NCBI GenBank assembly: GCA_002336035.1
Contig: DDED01000073.1
Coordinates: 3,799 to 67,798, forward strand
Origin: Cellvibrionales bacterium UBA1963
Lineage (GTDB): Bacteria > Pseudomonadota > Gammaproteobacteria > Pseudomonadales > UBA7434
DNA: 64,000 nt
Reading direction: 5' to 3'
Below, piece after piece: positions 43,435 to 52,897 of the stretch. Within the stretch, counting starts at the first letter, position 1; each line of letters opens with the position of its first letter. A program made the translations under genes and the position numbers. Below the pieces are notes generated by a model that was given only the letters and a program-made list of their open reading frames with translations, did no database searches and was not told where the DNA came from.

Positions 43435-44394
43435 TTGAACAATAATAACCAAACCGATCGCGAAACCTTACTCCCTATCGTACCGAACCTCGCTAATCTC
43501 CAAATGCAGCACCAATTAATAAAAGACACACTCTACCCCATGCTGGCCGGTAATCCTGTAGCCCACTTGGATTTTCCTTGCTACCTTAACATTGGAGATT
43601 TGCTCATTGATGCCGGTATTTCCCAATTCATTTTAGATCATAAAATAGAATGTTTAGGCCGCTATTGTGCTTTAGAAACTCGCTTCTTTCAGCGTGATCG
43701 ATTCCCTGTCGAGACTACGCTACTGCTTCAAGGAGGTGGAAATTTTGGTGACTTGTACCCACTGCACAACAACTTTAGAAAACTCGTACTTGAACAGTAC
43801 CCAGAAAATAACATTATATTTCTACCGCAAAGCGTGCACTATAGAAATGATAATCATTTCTATAGTGACGCCGAGGCTTTTAATAGACACGCTAAGTTAT
43901 TAATTTGTGCTCGAGACCAAGTCAGCTATGACTATTTAGCACAACGAATAACTACGGATAAATTGTGCTTACTTCCTGATATGGCTCTTTGTATCGTCGA
44001 CATTCTGGCCAAAAGAAAGCCTGGAATTGAAAAAAAGCTAATCTTTAGGCGACGCGACATCGAAGTAAGTCAAGAGGCTTTGCGCGGTGAAAATCTTATC
44101 GGCAGCTTTGATTGGGAAGACATTATAACCGAGAAGGAAAAAAAACAAATGCGGCGGTATGCAAGCTTACTGAGAAAATCAAAGTGGCGATTGATTCGAA
44201 ATATAGTTATCTATAAACATCGGATGCTTCGCGATCAATTAATTCAGCGCGCCGTACAACATTTCCTTAAATACAATGCCGTCGACACAGACAGACTTCA
44301 TGGACTGATATTGGCACAACTGCTTAATAGATCTGTTATTATGCGTGACAACAGCTATAATAAATTATCGAATTACGTTGAAACTTGGCTTTAA
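43435..44394 (+). CDS. Polysaccharide pyruvyl-transferase-family protein
   Basis: 319 aa. GGAG RBS followed by a TTG start. YLNIGDLLI...LLLQGGGNFGDLY pattern typical of the PS_pyruv_trans family. Confidence 0.55.
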   Translation: MNNNNQTDRETLLPIVPNLANLQMQHQLIKDTLYPMLAGNPVAHLDFPCYLNIGDLLIDAGISQFILDHKIECLGRYCALETRFFQRDRFPVETTLLLQGGGNFGDLYPLHNNFRKLVLEQYPENNIIFLPQSVHYRNDNHFYSDAEAFNRHAKLLICARDQVSYDYLAQRITTDKLCLLPDMALCIVDILAKRKPGIEKKLIFRRRDIEVSQEALRGENLIGSFDWEDIITEKEKKQMRRYASLLRKSKWRLIRNIVIYKHRMLRDQLIQRAVQHFLKYNAVDTDRLHGLILAQLLNRSVIMRDNSYNKLSNYVETWL

Positions 44395-44491
44395 GCAACC
44401 AATTAAAAACGATGATGCAATCCATTTTTAACAAGTAAACGGTTATATCGAATTAAATAGTTTTTTGATGGTGTAAAAAGGGTCAAACGTA

Positions 44492-45313
44492 TTGAAAATA
44501 AGTATTATCTTCACGACTTATAACTCCCCTTCTTGGTTGCAAAAAGTTCTTTGGGGTTTAGATCAGCAGACTGATAACAACTTTGAAATTGTCATCGCCG
44601 ACGATGGGTCAACCACTGAAACACAACACGTTATCGATAAATTCCAGTCGATATCGTCTATTCCAATTAAGCATATCTGGCAAGAAGATAATGGCTTTCA
44701 AAAATGCAGCGTACTTAATAAAGCGATTATAGCGTCCAACGGCGAATACCTCATTTTTACTGACGGCGACTGTATCCCCAGAAAGGACTTTATTGCAGTC
44801 CATCGCGCCTATGCAGAGCCAGGATATTTTTTATCAGGCGGTTACTTAAAATTACCGCTGATGTTGAGTCAAGATATCACTCAGAAAAACATCCAAGATG
44901 GCGTCTGCTTTAATAAACACTGGTTAATCAAAAGGGGGTTAAAAAAATCGCATAAACTATGGAAACTTAATCGTTCAAGTATTATCAACCGTCTTTTGAA
45001 TCATCTTACCCCTACTAAAAAAACATGGAATGGTCACAACGCCTCTTGCTTCAAGAAAGAAGTGATCGCAATTAATGGCTTTGATGAGAGAATGCAGTAT
45101 GGCGGTCAAGATCGTGAGTTTGGTAGCCGCCTAAAGAATTTAGGCTTGAAAGCCAAGCAAATTCGTTATAGCGCTATATGCATCCATCTCGATCATTCTA
45201 AATCTTATGAGAATACGGCCTCATGGGAAAAGAATCACAGTATTCGAAAAGCATCGATTAAAAATCGCGTGATAGAAACGCCAGCGGGTATAAAAAAAGC
45301 AAACAATTTTTAA
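44492..45313 (+). CDS. Glycosyltransferase family 2
   Basis: 273 aa. ISIIFTTYNSPSWL...EIVIADDGST...LIFTDGDCIP, C-terminal GFDERMQYGGQDREFG. Confidence 0.85.
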   Translation: MKISIIFTTYNSPSWLQKVLWGLDQQTDNNFEIVIADDGSTTETQHVIDKFQSISSIPIKHIWQEDNGFQKCSVLNKAIIASNGEYLIFTDGDCIPRKDFIAVHRAYAEPGYFLSGGYLKLPLMLSQDITQKNIQDGVCFNKHWLIKRGLKKSHKLWKLNRSSIINRLLNHLTPTKKTWNGHNASCFKKEVIAINGFDERMQYGGQDREFGSRLKNLGLKAKQIRYSAICIHLDHSKSYENTASWEKNHSIRKASIKNRVIETPAGIKKANNF

Positions 45314-45386
45314 AAGCGAATCACGAATGCCTAGTAAGAGCATATACCTCGGCAATACAATTAAAATACTTAAATAGAATAATCGC

Positions 45387-46226
45387 TTAAGAGCAGTCTG
45401 GATTAATCTTATAATGGTCGCAAATAGCTTGCCACTGAAGGCGGTTACCGTCTTCCTGTATATTCGTTTTGGCAAGGGCACCTCTCTTCGCACCGATAAT
45501 AGGAACAGGTTTTTCTGCCGGATTGGATGATCGCTTAACGGAGACCCCATTCAGCAAGCTCATGGCTTTAAACCAAAGGTCGTCAGCGTTAGGCGATAAA
45601 TGCATGTATAGGTCTTGGTTTATTGTATCGCAATGCATTACACCAATTGGGTATAAAACACCACCATAACCAATAGGCAAAAAATTTGGTGAGGAAATAT
45701 TTGCAGTTTGAATTGAGGGCCAGTCTGTGTAGGGCAAAAGTTCATTGCTTAGTGCGCGTATTTCTCGGCACTCATGGGCGATTATGCTAAGAGGGTACTG
45801 TAGATGGTCTTCGTACAATCGCTGCAACCACTTTTCATGATACATCGCATCATCGTCGCATGTCACAATAACATTGCTACTAAATTCTTGTAATGAAAAG
45901 ATGAGTTTTCTGTGTGGGCATTGTTGATCTCGAAACCTTATCTCAAAAATTTCACCTTCTAACTGCAAAAGTGACTTGGGCAATTTCACTTTTAAAGAAT
46001 GGTTTAACCACAAAATAATTTTAGAAGGTAAATAACTTTGTGAGAGCAAACTTTTAATGACTAAATGTAGGCCGCCTAAGCGAGGCTCAATTGAAGTCAA
46101 AGAGACTACACAGTCAACATTCACCCTATCGTCAGCAATGAAAGTATATCTTTTAAGCTTATAAGCCCGGATAAATGAGGGGAGGTATTCTTTAATCTTC
46201 ACTCCCAGCTCCTTTCTCTTCCACAA
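45387..46226 (-). CDS. Putative glycosyltransferase (GT-A-like, DDD motif)
   Basis: 279 aa. VVSLTSIEPRL..L...I.SLL.Q...P.KIILWL and VTCDDDAMY. The track start is a TTG and the true start is uncertain. Confidence 0.5.
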   Translation of the reverse strand: MWKRKELGVKIKEYLPSFIRAYKLKRYTFIADDRVNVDCVVSLTSIEPRLGGLHLVIKSLLSQSYLPSKIILWLNHSLKVKLPKSLLQLEGEIFEIRFRDQQCPHRKLIFSLQEFSSNVIVTCDDDAMYHEKWLQRLYEDHLQYPLSIIAHECREIRALSNELLPYTDWPSIQTANISSPNFLPIGYGGVLYPIGVMHCDTINQDLYMHLSPNADDLWFKAMSLLNGVSVKRSSNPAEKPVPIIGAKRGALAKTNIQEDGNRLQWQAICDHYKINPDCS

Positions 46227-46647
46227 TTCGCATTCATTGAATGAAGCCCAAAATATACTGTTGATACGTCGAATACATCTTAACAGTATGTTTCTCTAAA
46301 GTATGTTCGGTAATACTGTCCATATTGATAAAAAAATCACATGTAGGCTCCCTGATTAAAAATTGAATTTTAAGGCATATTAAACAGAACGACTCGGTGA
46401 AATTGAATTTTATGAAACACCTGACCTATGTTAGCAACTATTGATAATTTACCTTGATAATAGCAAATATTGTATTTTAAAAACACCAACATGTCACAGA
46501 CTTACCGTGAAAAATTCATATGGATTTTTAACAAGAAAAACTAGCGACATCACTTGCTAGCAATATTAATCATCAAGATACAATGAAGAGACAATCTGTT
46601 TTAATGGGAGAAAATTAATGAGCAAAGGTTTAATTGTTACAGCGAAT

Positions 46648-47616
46648 CTAATTCTTATACGCACTGACTAACCCTTTCAGAGCAGAATTAATTTGAACGA
46701 TGCGTAAAATGCTCTTCAAGTCATACACACGATTATTTATAAGGCCAAGCAAAGATATTTCCCACATCTCTATTTGCCTCTTTAAATCATCAATCACAAG
46801 TATTGTCAAAGTAAAATCGTCACTGCTTAATTCTCTTGCCGCTTGATGCACTGTTTTAATTAATAGCTTAAAGTATGATTTTTTTTGAGACTTAGTCATA
46901 GCATAGCACCCTAGTTGATTGACACTATTAAACCATTCTTTATATGATCCTGATTCATATTTTGATTGAGCGACTCCATCTGATCGAATATTATAAAAAT
47001 ATACATTTTTATTTATCAACACCATTTTTGTTGCTTTAGCAGCGACTGAAGCCATAAAAATTAAATCTTCAGCCATTCTCACACCAACGGGAAAAGAAAT
47101 GCCATTCAGTGCTGATTTCAAAAAAATCTTACCCCATGAATGACCTCTTATTTGGTTATGTTTAAGTAACTCTGTGAAAATAGTCTCATCTAAGTATATC
47201 TTTTCTTTATTAACATTATACGAGGCAGGAAAACATATACCGTTTTTGCACAGCTCATTGTTGCCCTTGACGATATCTGCGTTATGAAAAATAGCGGCAT
47301 TGAACAACGTACGTAATGCGTTACTGGGCAAGAGGTCATCGGGGTCAAAAAAAATTATGTATTGTCCTGTTGCTTTAATCATGCCAATATTGCGCGTAGC
47401 AGATACGCCTTTATTAACGGAGTTTTGAATTAAGGTTATTTTATTACTGTGACGTTCATAGAGATGAGTACAGACATTAATGCTATTGTCTGTACTGCTA
47501 TCATCGACAAGTATTATCTCGTATTCACCAATGAAATCCTGATCAATCAGACTTTTTATACTCTTTAATAAATAACGATCGACATTATACACTGGAACGA
47601 TAATGCTAATATCCAT
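46648..47616 (-). CDS. Glycosyltransferase family 2
   Basis: 322 aa. MDISIIVPVYNVDRYL...EIILVDDSSTDNS...YIIFFDPDD. Confidence 0.88.
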   Translation of the reverse strand: MDISIIVPVYNVDRYLLKSIKSLIDQDFIGEYEIILVDDSSTDNSINVCTHLYERHSNKITLIQNSVNKGVSATRNIGMIKATGQYIIFFDPDDLLPSNALRTLFNAAIFHNADIVKGNNELCKNGICFPASYNVNKEKIYLDETIFTELLKHNQIRGHSWGKIFLKSALNGISFPVGVRMAEDLIFMASVAAKATKMVLINKNVYFYNIRSDGVAQSKYESGSYKEWFNSVNQLGCYAMTKSQKKSYFKLLIKTVHQAARELSSDDFTLTILVIDDLKRQIEMWEISLLGLINNRVYDLKSILRIVQINSALKGLVSAYKN

Positions 47617-47675
47617 AAACCACCTGAATTTGAAAAGTCAAAAGCTTAATAAACCAACAGGATAATCTAGAGACA

Positions 47676-48512
47676 TTATTCTGATAATAGACCTTTTGTA
47701 ACGGATTTTATTAATTCGGCTCTTTTAGAAAACACACCAAACTCACCTTTTCTATTGCGCAAGATTCGATTTACTTCCCTCAAGTAATAGTATATCGATT
47801 TATACTGCCCAAATACTCTCCGTATGATAACACCCTTTGAGTACGAATTATTATTACTAATGACTGTACCTGTTGAATCATCTGGGTGAATGTTTACGCA
47901 AATTGAATGATGTAAAACACGACCGCCAGCACGCTGAATGTCAGCTATAAGAACGGACTCTTCACCCATTGTAATTTTATTGTCACCTACGCCCATGTCT
48001 TCACGAAAAGAGATTTTTTTTTCTTTTAGATAGTGCACATCAATAATCATTTCAAATGAAGCATATCGTAAAATATTTTTTCCGCTCACAGGCGACAAGT
48101 CAATGGGGTATGAGGCCCTTTTATTACCTGATGCAGTAAGCGATTCATAGGTGTGACAGGCAATATTTACCCCGTGTAATGTATTCAAAATCTTTAGAAT
48201 ACATTGTGGGGTGAATACAAGGTCATCGTCCATAACCCACATGTAACGTGTACTTATAGCCTCAATTGCTATATTTCTGCTTTTTGTAACACCTATAGAA
48301 GTATCCCTTATATAACCAATATTAGGATGCTCCTTTATGGTTTTCATGACTGAATAACTGTCGTTACATAAATTTATATTCTTCGGGGTCTGGTGAATAA
48401 TCAAAAATTTTATTTGATTCGACTCAGCATTATCTAATGAATTATAAACATTTAGAGCACCCTTAATACGATTACCAAATGTTGAGCATGCAATGGTTAA
48501 ATCCTGGCTCAT
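47676..48512 (-). CDS. Putative GT-A-fold glycosyltransferase
   Basis: 278 aa. LTIACSTFGNR..., VTKSRNIAI...YMWVMDDDLVF (DxD). Confidence 0.55.
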   Translation of the reverse strand: MSQDLTIACSTFGNRIKGALNVYNSLDNAESNQIKFLIIHQTPKNINLCNDSYSVMKTIKEHPNIGYIRDTSIGVTKSRNIAIEAISTRYMWVMDDDLVFTPQCILKILNTLHGVNIACHTYESLTASGNKRASYPIDLSPVSGKNILRYASFEMIIDVHYLKEKKISFREDMGVGDNKITMGEESVLIADIQRAGGRVLHHSICVNIHPDDSTGTVISNNNSYSKGVIIRRVFGQYKSIYYYLREVNRILRNRKGEFGVFSKRAELIKSVTKGLLSE

Positions 48513-48735
48513 TTCAGCAGCCTATTTAAATGCTTTTTAGTCATAAAAAATCTCTTCATAAAAAAACTGCTTTTTATTTAGCAAAAATTAAAAAAGGCCT
48601 ATATTCTTTTTTCTATAAAATGGGTGACAACCATACACTCTGTTATTAAAAATAACGCTCAAATTAAAATTTTCAAAACCGATCGATTAGACCTAAGTTG
48701 TTCGCTTTGACATTATAACTAACTATTTACTGATG

Positions 48736-48774
48736 GTATTCAAGATATTACATGAAGAGTAATATCTTGAATAC
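48736..48774. repeat. Perfect 16-bp inverted repeat with a 7-nt spacer
   Basis: GTATTCAAGATATTAC-atgaaga-GTAATATCTTGAATAC, read directly from the sequence. It lies mid-way in the 585-bp divergent spacer between 48512 and 49098. Confidence 0.9.
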
Positions 48775-49097
48775 ATGACTATGACATAAACCATACAGCA
48801 TGTTATAAAGGAAAAAGACTATACTATCAAAAAATTACCATCTAACGCACAATTATATTTTTATTTTCACGTATAAGTGAAGTTTAAATATTCAATATTG
48901 ACAGTATAGATACAGATTTTTTACAGACGTGATTTTATATTAATGGTTATTCAGTACTTATAAGAGATTTTTAAAGTAGATAAGATTTTCTTCTATATTT
49001 TATTATATGTCGGCTTCATTTTGAAAGTTAGCAATTCAACCATTTATCGATAAAGCACCATACTGCTATTTCCCAACCGAAAGAGACGATATAGAAT

Positions 49098-49931
49098 ATG
49101 ACAGCGCACACAAACGGTAATATAAAGTTATCTTTTTGCTCAACAATCATGAATAGGCGTGAATCGCTAAAACAAACGTTACTCGCCAATCTTGAGATGA
49201 TTGCTCATTACAACGGAATAGCCGAATTAAATCTGATTAATTTTATCAAAGATAAAGAAGGTCAAAAAATACATGATTGGATATTAAACTTAGGGACTCG
49301 CCATCATTTCAACTACTTTGTTTGTACTGAAATGAATTTTTGGCACGCCTCTACTGCAAAAAATACCAGTCATATGGTCGCGTCAGGTTCGCTTCTAATC
49401 AATTTAGATTGCGATAATTTTATATCAAAAAATGCCCTCGATCAGTTAGCATCTTTTTCGAGCAGTCAACTCAGCAATACAATTTATCTTGGCTATACAG
49501 GCACGGTAGAGCGAAATTATTGCCCATTAAGAAACAAGAATCTCAAAGTAAAGTATAAATTTAAATCTAAAAAACCTTTTGACGGCTCTTTCGGTCTTAT
49601 GGGTTTTCCTTCACACCTATACAAAAAGATTGGTGGTTATGATGAGCAATTACCGCCAATGGGCGGCCAAGATAAAAATCTTTTTTTGCGCGCTATTGCT
49701 GCAAAACCAGAAATAATGGTTGTCCACATACCTTCTTTTCATGACCCTATACAAAACACAAAAAATGACGGCCTTATTAATATTGGCATTCCCAATTATC
49801 ATTGGAAAAAAAATGAACGAAGCGCTTATAAAAGGACTAAATATGTTCTTAGAAAGGATTTATTGCAGGCAAATATCGATAAAACTATAGGGCTTAATGT
49901 GATTAATGGCTACGCTTATGAATGTGATTGA
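49098..49931 (+). CDS. Putative GT-A-fold glycosyltransferase (galactosyltransferase-like C-terminal region)
   Basis: 277 aa. KLSFCSTIMNRRESL, LINLDCDNF (DxD), IGGYDEQLPPMGGQDKNL resembling the Glyco_transf_7C pattern. Confidence 0.55.
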   Translation: MTAHTNGNIKLSFCSTIMNRRESLKQTLLANLEMIAHYNGIAELNLINFIKDKEGQKIHDWILNLGTRHHFNYFVCTEMNFWHASTAKNTSHMVASGSLLINLDCDNFISKNALDQLASFSSSQLSNTIYLGYTGTVERNYCPLRNKNLKVKYKFKSKKPFDGSFGLMGFPSHLYKKIGGYDEQLPPMGGQDKNLFLRAIAAKPEIMVVHIPSFHDPIQNTKNDGLINIGIPNYHWKKNERSAYKRTKYVLRKDLLQANIDKTIGLNVINGYAYECD

Positions 49932-50520
49932 AATCATGGCGCAAGGCTTCTAGGTTCACCATTAATAAAAGTTGACGTAACGTAAAATATTAGTAGTGTC
50001 AATTGTCCTTACTACTTTGAGATTATATACAGAAACATTACCCTGCCTTTTCACCTTTGATATGACAATCCAAATATATATAGCGTCAAAAATAATGATA
50101 TATAGCTTTAAGGCTACCCTTATCAACCGCCCCTATTAACCACGTGCTAACGCCTACGGTTGTACGTGTAAGTAGTTATGCTCATTCACCTTGACTATAA
50201 AAATTCGTGAGTATCCAGAAATGATTTTATCTACTCTATCCGCATCAAAGACATACTAATAAAAAAAGCACTTGCAATGAGTTTTGCGGCCGTCGCGAGT
50301 TTTGTTAGCGCTTAACTTGAATTTGAAACAGGGCCTCTTACCGATAAAAATTATGATTTTAACGGTGACTTTGTCTTGTGTGTATGACTTCAGGTATGTG
50401 CGACTTAACTGTCCAGTGACACTGTAAATTCATGTAAAAAATAATGATCGATGAATTACTTAAAATAACATCATTGTTATGCTGATTAAAATTTTATTGT
50501 GCCACCAATAGGAAGCAAAT

Positions 50521-51288
50521 ATGGATCTTGATAAAAGACTGCCAATTTACGTCTTGACCATAGAGCCACCAACCGGACTGCGACGAGTACACTGTGAAAA
50601 ACTCTTTTCCAAACTTAATTTACATTTTAATTTTGTCAATGGAATTAAAAGTGGCAACTCAGAAGTCAAATATATATATTCAAAAACAAAAAATATATTT
50701 TTCTCAAAGCGAAATCTTACGACGTCTGAAATAGCTTGTTATTTTGGATTTAGAAAAATATGGCAGGCATTTCTCGATACCGGTCAACCGGTATGCTTAA
50801 TAGCCGAAGATGATATCAATATTATCAATGAAGATGATTTTAAGAACGTTATCATTCATGCTCAAGATAACGCAGCATGGGACATACTTAAATTATTCGA
50901 CTTTAAACCTAAGAAAATTCTTAATCGAGAGAGTTGGAACTCTCTTACAATTGCTGATTACAAATACCCCTCTTCAGGATGTGTTGCTTATCTAATTACG
51001 AGAAAAGCAGCTCAAAAATTGCTTTTACGTAAAAAAATATACCGCGCAGTTGATGAGGACTTTTCACATTGCTGGGAGTTTGGCTTACGAGTTAGATCGG
51101 TAAGTCCCAATCCTGTCACCGAAAACAGTGACGGCCTTGGTGGTTCATATATTGAGAAAGACAGATTATTAGAGAAAGGAAGTGTTTATATGGTACGAAG
51201 TATTTGGGGAATTTTTCTGCAAATGAGAAAACAGATATTGGGATTTTTTTATAGGAGAAAATTAGCGTCACATCAAAAAATCGTGTAA
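50521..51288 (+). CDS. Glycosyltransferase family 25 (LOS/LPS beta-glycosyltransferase type)
   Basis: 255 aa. IYVLTIEP...RR......L...NLHFNFVNG..., LTTSEIACYFGFRKIW, LIAEDDI. Confidence 0.75.
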   Translation: MDLDKRLPIYVLTIEPPTGLRRVHCEKLFSKLNLHFNFVNGIKSGNSEVKYIYSKTKNIFFSKRNLTTSEIACYFGFRKIWQAFLDTGQPVCLIAEDDINIINEDDFKNVIIHAQDNAAWDILKLFDFKPKKILNRESWNSLTIADYKYPSSGCVAYLITRKAAQKLLLRKKIYRAVDEDFSHCWEFGLRVRSVSPNPVTENSDGLGGSYIEKDRLLEKGSVYMVRSIWGIFLQMRKQILGFFYRRKLASHQKIV

Positions 51289-51326
51289 TAAATACTGACA
51301 TCTCCTCAAAGAATTTAATTAACATA

Positions 51327-52048
51327 TTACCCTCTTAAAGCCATTATTTCTCTTTTCATCCCCTCAATTAATTCTTGAGTAGTTATATCTACAGCTATTA
51401 GGGACTCATAGCCATTTTTTGTACTCCCCCATAACTGATGTGCATAAACAGGATCAGTGCCTGAGTAATATTCACCGGTATGATGTATCGGCAAAAAAAA
51501 TGGCTTGGTAAGATCGTGGCTGTCTCGGAAAAGGAAATCAATTTTGTCAGCAATTTAGGACCAGTAACCTCCCAAGCCTTATTTTTTTTGTATTTCCAGT
51601 GCATAAAATTATATTTATAAGCAATGTGTTTTTTACTTAATAAAAAATTCATTATTCTTTTGGCATCTTTTGAACCGATCTCACAACCCACTATACCATT
51701 GCTGATTAAGCCCTTCCTAACCGTTTCGTTTTCATAGCTTGCAAAAAAACTACAATCACTGAGCCAATCTGGAAGTGTAGCTAAAGAAATTAAATCTGCA
51801 TCTACCGTGTAACCGCCATATTTAGCTAAAATTTCCCAACGCATAAGATCAGCAACCCCACATAACTGATCTGAATCCCACATCTCCTTCATTAAATCCT
51901 TCAATTTCCAGTCATGAAAATGAAACTCATTATTCCTCCATATTATAATTTCCCAGCCAGGATGATTGACTTTCCATGTGTCGATTACTATATCCGGGCA
52001 ATTACTCTCATCGCCTACCCAAACAAAATTTAGTTTCTTAGGTATCAT
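51327..52048 (-). pseudogene. DXD-motif sugar-binding glycosyltransferase (Gly_transf_sug/capsule-synthesis-like), frameshifted in an A8/T8 tract
   Basis: The track ORF 51398..52060 ends in the implausible tail ...ILPSHFFCRYIIPVNITQALILFMHISYGGVQKMAMSP. After the T8 run (complement of 51493-51500) the adjacent frame reads LPIHHTGEYYSGTDPVYAHQLWGSTKNGYESLIAVDITTQELIEGMKREIMALRG*, with its stop at 51327-51329. One extra T would fuse the two parts into a 240-aa protein counted from the ATG at 52048. Confidence 0.7.
51493..51500. repeat. A8 homopolymer (T8 on the coding strand) at the frameshift point
   Basis: Counted directly: gc-aaaaaaaa-tgg at 51491-51503. Confidence 0.95.
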
Positions 52049-52328
52049 TACTTTACCCACTGATTGCTTTAATCTGTAATGTTATAATATTGTTATATAC
52101 GGCCATGGTAATTTAATAATTTCATAGCCTTACAAATTTTTAGTAAATTTATGTAAAATAAATATCAGTTACCTCAACCAAAACACATGCGTTTGCTATT
52201 CTTATGTAGAATTTTTTTTTTGAAATTATGGTTGCTTTTTGATGTTGCAGTTCACTAGGTTTTTATATACAAAACACCCTGCCAACAATTTACCATCGTT
52301 AGATTTGTTCGCCGGTTTATATAAATTA

Positions 52329-52733
52329 ATGATTAAAACATCTTGTGAGTGTCAGAATATAAAAGTTGAATGCGATTCTAAATTGCTATCTCGCATTGCA
52401 AGACAGTGTAATTGTAATTATTGTAAAGCGAGCCAAGCTGAATATCTAAGTGATTCAGATTCAAATGTGACATTTGAAATTACAGATTTCGAAAGCTATC
52501 GGCTTTCACAGAATGGGTATCCAATCGCAAAGCTTCATGAGTGTAATAATTATGGTGTAATATTGGTAACATTTAAAGTTGAAGGGCAGCTGTACTGTGT
52601 TATTAATGCTAAAGCTTTGCGAGTCAACGGTTACACGCTAGATGGTACATTAAAGGATTACAGTAATGAATCAAATGAACAAAGGCTATCTCGGCGTAAA
52701 AACAATTGGTTTAAAGCCGTTCAAGTCACATAA
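52329..52733 (+). CDS. GFA/CENP-V-family Cys-rich protein (glutathione-dependent formaldehyde-activating-enzyme-like)
   Basis: CxC...CxCxxC pattern (SCECQNIKVE...QCNCNYCKAS). Start set to the ATG at 52329, giving 134 aa; the track ORF starts at 52239. Confidence 0.4.
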   Translation: MIKTSCECQNIKVECDSKLLSRIARQCNCNYCKASQAEYLSDSDSNVTFEITDFESYRLSQNGYPIAKLHECNNYGVILVTFKVEGQLYCVINAKALRVNGYTLDGTLKDYSNESNEQRLSRRKNNWFKAVQVT

Positions 52734-52897
52734 AGGTCTAAGACTGCCGGACACTGCATACTTTTTTGACACCACATATTGAGCAAAGGAATGTTTACTT
52801 AGATAAATACGTCGCTTTAATCGCGTTCTGATACCAAAAAAAATCAGCTACCCGCGGAATTTACATTTCATAACAACCAACTTCTTTAGGAGTTATT

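Noticed and set aside
45221-45550. 109-aa minus-strand ORF spanning the 3' ends of two convergent GT genes.
   Set aside because: It overlaps both well-supported genes. Its hydrophobic and basic low-complexity translation is typical of AT-rich off-frame reading.
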